Assembly (NCBI GenBank): GCA_043228905.1
Contig: JBHGNT010000153.1
Location: 1 to 64,000 of the forward strand
Source: Azolla caroliniana
Taxonomy: Eukaryota > Plantae > Polypodiophyta
Direction: 5' to 3'
Length of the DNA: 64,000 bases
Part shown: in pieces, positions 27,701 through 38,078 of the stretch
How the letters are laid out: each line of letters begins with the position of its first letter
Position numbering within the stretch: the stretch's first letter is position 1
Notes under the pieces: generated by a model
Told to the model about the DNA's origin: nothing
What the model saw: only the letters and a program-made list of their open reading frames with translations
Databases searched by the model: none
Position numbers and translations under genes: made by a program

Positions 27701-28659
27701 TATAGATATCTTTTCTTTTGGTAAGATATGAATACAACCATGTGTCAACTTGGAAACTATGAAATCTTGCTGTTTAATAGACTGTGGTTTCTTTCAAGTG
27801 TCAACCGTAACATTCACACATTACTCTTGAGGTTTATAATTTCTTGATAAGAATTGTGAGTGTTAGATTTATTTTGACTATCTTCTCTGTGTATAATGCA
27901 GAGTCTTAAAAAAACATCAGATATCATTTGATTTTGCTTCATAGCATTTCTCAATTTCCAGTCACTCAAAAGTAGAGAATGTGGTGTAAATTTTTACAAT
28001 CCATAGTATAATTAATGATTGCAATTTCGTTTACGATGCATGCAGCCAGTTGCTGAAATTCTGAATATCCCAGATGAGCGTATATTTGCCAACAGGTTGC
28101 TTTTTGATAAGCATGGTGCCTATGCCGGTTTTGATGCCAACGAGCCCACATCAAGAAGTGGTGGAAAAGCTGCTGCTATTTCACAGATTAAGAAGGTATG
28201 AACAGCACTCTCACTTGAAGCTATAGTTTAGAAAATGGCCTACTTCATGGAGAATACAGTGAAGTCAAAACCCGTTCACTTGTACAATGATCTAATACAT
28301 GTTTTGCTTGTTCAGCAATTTGACTACAGCAGGTTGGTCATGATTGGTGATGGAGCAACAGACCTTGAGGTAATGGCCATTCATTAACTTTGCTTCATCT
28401 ACTTTATATAGACCATTAGATGTGCATGATGGTAGTTCGATATTTTACTTCCAAACTAATGTCATATCTCATGCTCTTATACATTACACATATTCAAGAC
28501 TAATTCAATTTGCTGTTATGTTTTGGTTTGAAGGCTCGACAGCCTGGTGGTGCCAACATTTTTATATGCTATGCTGGAGTTCAGTTTCGGGAAAGTGTTG
28601 CAGCACAATCAGATTGGTGTGTGTTCAACTTTAATGATCTAATCTGCACTCTAGACTAG
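24742..28659 (+). CDS. PSP: Phosphoserine phosphatase (HAD family, SerB-like), plastid-targeted; 7 exons: 24742-24994, 26811-26943, 27023-27130, 27424-27517, 28046-28195, 28316-28369, 28534-28659
   Basis: Spliced product has a Ser-rich transit peptide, FDVDST (HAD motif I), RAMSGTVPFEEALAARL, VYLVSGGF, EPTSRSGGKA and VMIGDGATDLEAR. All introns are GT-AG and phase-consistent. Confidence 0.95.
25592..25720. repeat. Tandem duplication, period about 74 bp, in PSP intron 1
   Basis: atgtg.ctc.tgtaggt.aacaaaattatt.gaatagcaatgtgtgtgaaaagtt occurs twice. Confidence 0.8.
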
Positions 28660-31090
28660 ACCATTTGAATTTTCAACACTAAGAACAAGAAACTCTTTCA
28701 TTGGTTTTTGATACCCCTAAAAGCCTTTATACTTCATGTAAAGGTTATATTAACAAATAACACGCAATGCTTAACATTGGAGGTTAGTTTTCGGTCATGC
28801 CTTTAGTGGTCCGACAATCAAATCCACCAATATGAATCAAAGTTGTATTCTTGATCCTTCAAAGGAACACATAAAAGTACTAATAATTTATTCATTTTCC
28901 TTTTACCTTCAAGTCAGTGTGGTAGTAGTTTAACTCCCACTCCACCCTGTATTTGGGAAAGGACATTGGACCTTTATTTCAAACAGAAAAGACATCTTGA
29001 GACTCTATCTTTCATTGACACAGACGTGGTCATATACCAAGAGGTCTACTGTAGAGTTTGTACACAAATTACAATCCTCATAAGTGAGCTCTATTACTAT
29101 CAAGATCTGGCCTTACAATTACAATGTCGTGGGTGCCCTTCAGTCAAACGAATTCAGTAAACACACATCAGATGTAATATTTGATTGGCCAAATGAACAT
29201 TTTCTATGATTTCAAATGTGCTGTCTATAATTAAATATTTATATTTATATTGCATTATATGTCATTTAAATATTGATGTGCCATCCATGAATTTCTAAGA
29301 TGAGGAATGATTATGCATCTTGTTTTATTGCTTCCATGCTCAAATCCAAACTTCCGATCCTTCTAGCCTTAGGATGAGACTGATTGCTATTACTAGGTTT
29401 ATGTCAGCAACGATCATTCTAGGGACTGCCCTATGAATGCTCTCTTGTAATCATAATTGATAATGGTAACCCCAACTCCTGTGTCTAGCATCAATTGTAC
29501 AATGGCCCCATTGTTTATCATTTGGGAGAATTAAGCTCACATAATCAGTCTCAAATTGATTGGATTCCTACAGCATCCGATTATTCTAGAGTTTTCCTTT
29601 ATGTTATTGTTACCTTGAGGTGTCCTGACAATAAGTTGTTCATAACCAACTTGTAATTGTCAATTTAAATCATTCCTAAGTAGTTGTGTCAAGGTTTGGG
29701 GTTGAGACTTACTACTAGTTCAATATTTGACTTTGAGATCAAGCTATAGATGTCTAGCCATTCAGCATGCCGCTACACATTTAGTTTTTGTTAGCAGAAG
29801 AGGGCGACCTTAACCTCTCTGTGTGTTGCAAACTACCCTTGCTATTAGGTTGTGGAGTTAAATTTTAATGCTTTGTCTTGTTGGGACTATTTCATATGAT
29901 GGAAATCCCATTCCTCTAGCTAATCCCATCCTAGGTTTGCCTATCACTTGCGATAGCTTATTTTTGTTCCTTGTGGATCTATTATTGGACTTTTGGATAT
30001 GTAGTCCAGAATTATTTATAAGGGTGATCTTTCTTGAAGGCCAATAGAGTACTATTGGACTTTGGTCAAGACCTACTCAAAACTCCATTCTACCTTTGGC
30101 TTTATACACACTAAGGTAGTGAAACCTATTGTGTCTTGGTTTAAACACAAAAAATGCATAATGGGAAAAGCCAGCTCATTAATGAACCAATAGTTGAGCA
30201 CAAAGAAGATTGAGAATGCAACCAAGACAAAAGCAAATGGCCTCTGATAAAAAAACAAATTGGTACATTGATTCAATGCCGTTATATACAAAACAAAAGT
30301 GCCTAACAAACATTCCATAGAGGTTCAACTTCATTAATAAGGTACACAAGTGCTTCCTTAACACATGGACAAACTATTTGTGCTTACTAAGATTGAGTTT
30401 GGTAAATCTTTTCCTTTACAATGTCTTCTGGAGTTAACCACCTTATCTTTGAGATAATAAAACCTTTGCCAGCATTCTAGAGTTAGCATATTGACAGGCC
30501 CAATGGTATCCTGGTGTATATTCAAAAATGTACTGTGAGGAGAATCTGGTATATAGCCTACACATGAGGATGTTTTGGTGTAATTGTCTTCTACAGATTC
30601 ATCCTGCTAATTTAGAAATTCACAATTTCACCTCTTTACTGAATTTGCTAAGCAACATGCACATAGTAGAGTCTTAAAGCCCTATATCCAACAGATTTCA
30701 AATATTCAATTTCTGTTTTTGACAAAGAGTAAGTGTTATATCCTCGATTATGATAAGATGTACCACCACTTAGTGGAAACTATAGCTATAACTTGCATTG
30801 AAACATTTTTGCTAGATTCTACACTGGTCAATATGTATTCTGGGTTACATAGAAGAATAAATCTTGCAACGCCATCATCTGCATATCCATGGATTTTTAT
30901 TGCATCATCAGTAACATCAAGAAGAAGAAAATATATGCACATGGATTGGGATGATGACATAAAACAATAGCTAAAGCTTGAATGATCATCGACAAAAGAA
31001 AATAATATATATATACATAGTCAAATGATGATGTAACACATCAGCTAAATCTGGCACCATCATCATCAAGAAGAAGCCGGAAATATATGA

Positions 31091-31648
31091 TTAAGTTACA
31101 ACGATTTCACCATACATGCCTGCGGCTGCATGAGGCTCACAAAAGAACTTATAATTACCTTTCTCAGTAAGAACAACAACAAATTGCTCTCCCTGTTCAT
31201 TCATATAATCCGAACGAGAGATCTTCTCTATCTCCACACTTTCCGGAACGCCATCTTTCTGAAAGATCACGTTATGTGGAAAACCTTTGTTATTGAAGAA
31301 GATTATTTTCTCGCCAGATGACACTGTCACGGAAGAAGGTACAAAATTTAGGCTTCCATCATCACTTCCCATTTTGATCGTTGTGGCTGCAAGAGAGGGG
31401 TACGCAGACAGAAGGATCGCCACAGCTGAAGATAGAGAAATCACTGCGGGAGCCAAATTTCGAAGAGGATGAAGAAAAGATACGATTTGAAGCCTTCTCC
31501 CGATATTTGATCCGCCATGGAAGGCCCGAGGAGAAGCAAGAGGTAGCTCTGTGCTTCGACTTGAGAGGGCGATCGATGTCGGGCAAACCCTAGAAAACAC
31601 AGAGAAACTTGCCTGGTGTGAAGAAGCCATGGTTATATTAAATGTCAT
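31091..31648 (-). CDS. PETE: Plastocyanin (type-1 blue copper protein) with bipartite chloroplast/thylakoid transit peptide, intronless
   Basis: All four Cu ligands are present (GFPHNV His; C-E-P-H-A-A-A-G-M), with N-terminal MGSDDGSLNFVP and a hydrophobic lumen signal ending PSLA/A. The start could be the second Met (MASS). Confidence 0.9.
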   Translation of the reverse strand: MTFNITMASSHQASFSVFSRVCPTSIALSSRSTELPLASPRAFHGGSNIGRRLQIVSFLHPLRNLAPAVISLSSAVAILLSAYPSLAATTIKMGSDDGSLNFVPSSVTVSSGEKIIFFNNKGFPHNVIFQKDGVPESVEIEKISRSDYMNEQGEQFVVVLTEKGNYKFFCEPHAAAGMYGEIVVT

Positions 31649-32399
31649 GGGGTAGAAATTCGATGAAATACCCCTCAGTTTTCCTTTATCTTTTTAAATG
31701 CCCCTTAAGTTTTCATCACAACCCAAAGGGCACACCTAATACACCGAAGATTTTGTAATCATGAAAAACTCTCATCCACGAAAATTTGGAAGCACAAAAG
31801 AACTCAGAAATACCCACCCGCCCATGAACTCTGCTCCGTCTCTCCAAGTCCCCTTTATGTGAATCCACGGTTATATAAACGTCTCTATGAGGAAACACTC
31901 AATGAACATAGTTCATTTTTGGCCAATTCTAGACATCCAAAGGTGCATGACACATGCACCTCACTTTTTTGGCTCCATTCTCACCATCGTTCTTCCTTAT
32001 ATTTTATTTAGTTAAAGCTACAACCAATTGTGAGGCATAAACCAACTAGTTGTCCCATGGGCATGTCAAGTGGCGATCGTCCAATAGTCATAAAAATAAG
32101 CTCATTATCTAATGTAATGTTCTTCTTATGTATCGCGTTGTGTTCATTCTTCTTGTCCCTCTACTCGGTAGTCTAGTATAATCAAATGCTCAAGGTCTGG
32201 AGGATAGTTAAGTAAGTTAGTTAATTTAAGCTATTAATTATGTGTGCATCTCAGTTTGAGTTGGTCGCTCAAGCAATAGGGACACTCTTGTCTTTTGTCC
32301 TCCCAACCCAACACTTTGGAGTTGGCCACCTTCAACCACCTAGCAAACCTACTATCTAAGCATGTAGAACCTTAGAAGATAGGATGAACCAATTCTATG

Positions 32400-33800
32400 C
32401 TTGCCCTCTATAACCCGAGTTGCATTGGCTCACCTCTTGTAGCCAACCACAACTCACTCAACCTTAGTTAAGCATACTTTGGTATGAACTTCCCATTGAT
32501 TAAGGGGGTATGATTTTGGGCAAGCAATAATGTATCAATTCAAAAAGACGAATCATTTTACATTCATTGCTCTAAATCCATCTTGGGTGAAGAAACGGAA
32601 GGCCGAATACTCATAAATGTGGTTCCCTTTGCACGAGCTCTTGAATGACATTGCTTTGAATCATGGTTCACAATTTATCTTACATTTTTAGAAGTCCCCC
32701 TTTCAACTCCTCGAGACCTAAACCAAACTACCATCATTTTTAGAAGCTCCTCTTTCAACTCCTCATACTGATGACCAAATAAAACAAATAAATAGATCCT
32801 TGCGTAATATGTTTGGTACATGGTGAGTTTTCTACAAAATAACTTTATTCAAATTGTATTGCTTGTAAAGGTTTGCCTACAACAAACACCCTATGTTCTT
32901 GAATCAAAGTGACCTTATTATTGGCTAATTATGGTTTCCATCCACATATCAATGTGGTTATCTTTGCTAGTTCTAAAGGCCCTTCTATAGAAGAATGCAA
33001 CATGGTACTAAAGGAGATTCATCACAACATGATTGTTAAGGTCATCCACGCAAATTTTAAGGCATAAGGATAAAGTTGATTGGTGATGACCACCTCGTTA
33101 AGTCAGCCTTAGTGTTCATAGACTTCACCTACAACAATACCCTACATTCTTTAATCACGATGACTTTGTTACTTGTTGATCATGGTTTCCATTAATGTTT
33201 CCACGTTGAACACATGTTGATAATTGAGGAGGTTTATGACAATTTGGCCATCAAGCTCATCCACACCCAAGAAAGACATATGGATGAAGTTGATAATTGA
33301 CAAACAACCTCACCAAATTTCAAAGCTAAGATAAATCCTAGTGATGACAACCTTTGCTATAAATAAACTTTTGGCCTTTTGCCTCGCCCACCCCATTTTT
33401 GAATTGATGACGTTTCCATGAGATACTCCCAAAACCTTATCACATGTCTTTGATCCTTGATGGCCAACCTATGATGGAACTCGAGGTTGGGGATGAGCAT
33501 GAAGATGAAGAAATCACATTGGTTGTAAATCAAGTATCTAGTATTGCAAAGCGTATGCCCATCATATAAAGATACTCGGGAGCTAGGTGACCACCTCGAC
33601 AAATTGGAAGTGCACACTTTGGGAATTCTACCTTCTAAACCCGCTCCTCTTGGAAGTCCACGATAGAGGAGGAGATGATTTCGCAACTACCAATGAGTGA
33701 GGGAGTTGTAGAGTTATTTGGAGATATAAATATTCCAAGTGGATTCTTCAATGAATGCAAGACCAAGTAGTTGTTGGCATTGTGACCGATCAATCCAAAG
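32400..33800 (+). mobile_element. Degenerate Ty3/Gypsy (chromovirus-like) integrase 3' relic
   Basis: FAYN (32872-32883) and ANYGFHP (32924-32944), repeated in decayed form near 33120-33195. Boundaries approximate. Confidence 0.6.
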
Positions 33801-34396
33801 GAACAATTTGATTAACCCAAACGCGGTGGATCAATGGTTGCAAAGGCAAGGCAAGGGCTTGTTAAAGAATGCAAATGGTTTTCGATAGTCTAGTAACCGA
33901 AGCATGAAGTAATGAATGGTTTTCGATAGTCTCGTAAGGACATGTTTATCTTTGTTAGGGTGGGCCCATTGGATATTAATTATGTTGGGAGGATGGCATC
34001 GTCGCCATTTGCGGTAGATCAGTCACTCAATGAAAACCGGACACACACACACACACACACCAGATGTAAAAGTCTGACGAAGAAGACAAGGAAACGAAGA
34101 GTGCGTGTGTGGGGGGGGGGGGGGACCATTTTGTTACTTGACACGTGGGGGAAAAATAAAGAAAAAGAGCACAACTTAAAGATCGAACAAACCCAGCACT
34201 TTAAAGAAAAAGAAGAAAGAAGCAGCAACAGCATCTTCTTTTCACACACGTGGACACACACGAGAACCACCAAAAATCTCCCGCCCTACAGAATACACAC
34301 TCACTCAAAAGAACGGGGAGAACATTAGAAATTTAGAAGAAGAAGAAGAAGAAGAAGAAGAAGGAAGGAAGAAAGAAGGAAGAAGGCAATCCCGCC

Positions 34397-35919
34397 ATGC
34401 CTCCTCCTCTGCTCTCTTTCTCCTTCTTCACATTCCTCTTCCTCTTCCTCCTTCTTGTCTGCTCCCCCGCTTGCTGTGGCGGAGACGACGCCTCATCCTC
34501 CTCTCGGGATGAGAAGCATCATCATCATCATCATCATCATCATCTCGTCTCTGGGAGCGACTCTCCCTACGACCATGGCCTTCTCCACCTGCTGCCTCTG
34601 CCTCTGCCTCTGACTCTTCTTCACGAGAGTAGCAGCAGTAGGTATTGGCGTTTCTCGGCAGATGGAGGAGGAGATATACGTGCAGAGTATGATGATGATG
34701 AGGCTCCAGCTCCCTCACCATCTTCTTCTTCTTCTTCTTCTTCTTCTCCACCGCCCGCTTCGCCTCCGCCTCCGCCTCCTTCTCCACCTCCTCCTTCTCT
34801 ATCGCCGCCACCTCCACCACCATCTCCATCTCCACCGCCTCCATCTCCACCTCCACCATCTCCACCGCCTCCTTCTCCCCCACCACCATCTCCATCTCCA
34901 CCGCCTCCTTCTCCCCCACCACCATCTCCATCTCCACCGCCTCCTTCTCCCCCACCACCATCTGCATCTCCACCGCCTCCTTCTCCCCCACCGCCTTCTC
35001 CTCCACCTCCATCTCCTCCGCCGCCTTCTCCTCCACCTCCTTCTCCTCCGCCGCCATCTCCTCCACCTCCACCTCCATCTCCTCCTCCGCCTTCTCCTCC
35101 ACCTCCACCTCCACCTCCATCTCCTCCTCCGCCTTCTCCTCCACCTCCACCTCCATCTCCTCCTCCGCCTTCTCCCCCGCCTCCGCCTCCATCTCCTCCT
35201 CCGCCACCTTCTCCTCCTCCACCTCCACCCCCGTCTCCGCCTCCTCCCGCCCCATTCGCTCTGCTCGCCTCCCTCTCCGTCTCCGCTGGATCCCTCTCCC
35301 CCGACTTTAGCCCGTCCATTCTCAACTACGCCGTCGCCGTCGACGCCGACGTCAGCTCCGTCACTGTCACCCCGCTTGTACCCGAGGATGTGGTAACAAT
35401 TTAATAGAATTTGTAGTTCTGACTTGTCCTTCCAAAAACATCATTCCCCAGTTTTCTTTTAACCGTCCAATGTGGTTGGAACTTTGGGGGGGCGGGGAAT
35501 TCCAGGTTGCTGCCGGTTACCTTCTGAGCGTGAATGGGACGGCCATCAAAAGCGGAGAGACCAGCTCTCAGTTGGCAGTTGGGCAGCCCGGAGAAACGTC
35601 CACAGTTCTCATCGACTTAGCGTCCAACGGTTATCAGCCCTCCACGTACACCCTGTCCTTTAGCCGAGGTAACCCCCGTACTCACGCACTTTTTTTTTCT
35701 TTCTTGTATCCATCTCCCAATTCACCCCATTTCACACTACTAATGATGTTTCCTTGTCTTACAGGCACTAGTGGTGCCAACGGTGGCCTCATCGCACTCA
35801 TCATCATCCTCGCTCTCTTGGTGGTGGGAGCTATTGTCATTATCTTGTACAAGAAGGGTTGGATCCCTTGGTTTGCACCGAGATCCACTTCCGACTATCG
35901 GCCCTTATCTCAAGCCTAG
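34397..35919 (+). CDS. Type-I membrane chimeric extensin: signal peptide, His tract, long Ser-Pro repeat rod, cadherin-like beta-sandwich, transmembrane helix, short tail; exons 34397-35392, 35506-35668, 35765-35919
   Basis: Hydrophobic N-terminus, then about 170 aa of SPn repeats. Splicing GTG|gtaaca...ccag|GTT joins LASLSVSAGSLSPDFSPSILNYAVAVDADVSSVTVTP to LSVNGTAIKSGETSSQLAVG...STYTLSFSR in frame. Followed by TM LIALIIILALLVVGAIVIILY, KK and a tail ending DYRPLSQA. Confidence 0.85.
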
Positions 35920-37849
35920 CCCTTCCTCCTCCTCCTCCTCCTCCTCCCGGTAGTTTTGTAACCATCTATATGCTCTCAATGTAAGTGTCAACGAACAACT
36001 TTCACAATCTTTTGGTAGGATTGGGATCAGAATAGCTCTCGGTATTTCTCATTGTATATGATCTGATCCCCGTACTCTTTTTGCTATCCACCACACTCTG
36101 TCCCAGTCCCAGTGTTTGGGGATCCAAAGGATTTCATTTGAAATGTCTACCCTTGCCCTTATGTACCTCTCTACAAGAAGGATGTACCTCTTTTTACATT
36201 AACGTCCTGACTCCTTACTAAGAACTACTGGATAGTAGATTCTTCAAATCTACGTGTTACTTCATTGATGTTACAAGGTGAAAAAGTTTCCACATCTTGA
36301 AGACCAATTACTATCAGTAAATGAACATTGGCTATTTCATCAGTCTTTGCAACATGAATTTGTATGGTTAGGGTTCAGGTCATAAAATTGTCTATGTGGT
36401 TGTAGCACAATCTCACATTGTCTTGTTTACCATGGTGAGTCACTCTATTGAAGAGTGGACTTGTTAAGGATGGAGGTTAATGAAATACAAGTGTTAGGGA
36501 TTTAAGAAAATTCACGTAATTAGCTAAATGCGATAGTAACACTTGATAAATAAAAAATTGGTAAAATTAAAATCTGCCTACGGTCTACCCAAGGAAAAGG
36601 TCCCCCCTGCTTGTTTCCATAAAGAATACAGTACACTAATTATACATAAAAAATTTGTGAGATTCTACAATTTCTTTTCCAAGAAAGTTTAAAATGTTGC
36701 TTCTCCAAAATATGCCCAGTGTCTTCGTAATTGAAGATATATTTTTAACTAATTGTAAATTTGTAATATAGAAACTTGTTTGACAGTGATGTGATCTCTT
36801 AACTAAATGGCTACAGGGCATGGCATATGCACTGTCTGTCGTTGTAGATCATCCAACTCCCTTCAATCATCTCATGATCACCACTATTGATTATGACAAG
36901 TGAAATAAGACCTGGTTATGATCAAACCATTCCCAACTGATAATCAAAGCATGTAACTTCAATCATCTGTTGATCGTGTGAGCTCTTCTATCAATGCCAT
37001 GTTTGTATCTTAAAATAGTATAAGACATTGGTTTCTGTTGACTGTATACAGTGAGCAGTCACCTCCTCTCACTCTGAGCTTTTTTATCAATTTCAAGTGT
37101 ACCTCTTTTGTTTTTTCTAAAACAAAATATCCTTCCATTAGTTTTTAAAAAACTCATAACTACAACATACAAAATATTTTTCCCAAGCCGGTCTTGTGTA
37201 AGAAAATGGCTGCGGAAACAAATCTATGTACTCCAAACCACGTCTACCTCTTTTAATATAATAAGACCTCAAAACTTAAGTTCTTGATAGAATTAAAACT
37301 TATGTTCTTAATGCATGCGTCCTTCAAAAGAAATATATATATAATGTGGAACCAATTCATTAACTTAAATTTGCCATCACATATCAACGAGGGAATGAAA
37401 TACAATTTAAATGTCATCTCATATCAATGACAACATGCAAGATTTCGATTATTTGAAAAGGGCATTGGATCTAACACACATTCTTGGCTAGTTTATCAGA
37501 AATTTAATAAGAAAGGACAATAAGAAAACATGGTATCATTGCTAAAAACTGTCGCAATAGTTTTGAAGAGTTTTTGGACAGTACACTGGTTGATAGACAA
37601 CAAACATTATAATATAACCTGAGCCTGCTTGAGACATCAACAAATTACATATTGCCTGGCAAACCACATTTCCAAACACATAAAAGAATTAAGGGTCCCA
37701 AAATACCTCTTGATTAGAAGCCATGATTGACGGTAAGGTGTTAAGAGTGCATGTGAGGTGCATGCACTATGAAAAAAAAATTCTCAAGGATGTGATGGAA
37801 TCCTTAAATTCTAGAAGGTTGAGGAAGCCAAGTGCCTTTCGCAAATTAG

Positions 37850-38048
37850 CCCAGCATTTTGACTTATTCTCAGAGAAGCCCACCAATCCTTATCAACATT
37901 TTGATCCATCCTCAATGAAGCCCCGATACTATCAGCATTTTGATCCTTTTTCAATCAAGCTCAGCAATTACTATGAGCATCTTCCATCCTTTGTTAATGA
38001 AGCCCAACACAATTCCTATCCGCATTTCAATCCTTTCTTTAAATAAGC
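37850..38048. repeat. Degenerate tandem repeat (about 5 copies of 39-45 bp) just downstream of the kinase stop codon
   Basis: Recurring ca.cattttgatcc....aat.aagc.c unit. Confidence 0.7.
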
Positions 38049-38078
38049 ATTACCAAGTCCCATCAGCATGTGATTCCT

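Noticed and set aside
34428-35396. Long Gly-rich, Glu-rich and Leu/His-rich ORFs overlapping the extensin
   Set aside because: Shadow frames of the CCN-rich Ser-Pro repeat, which are stop-free for compositional reasons.
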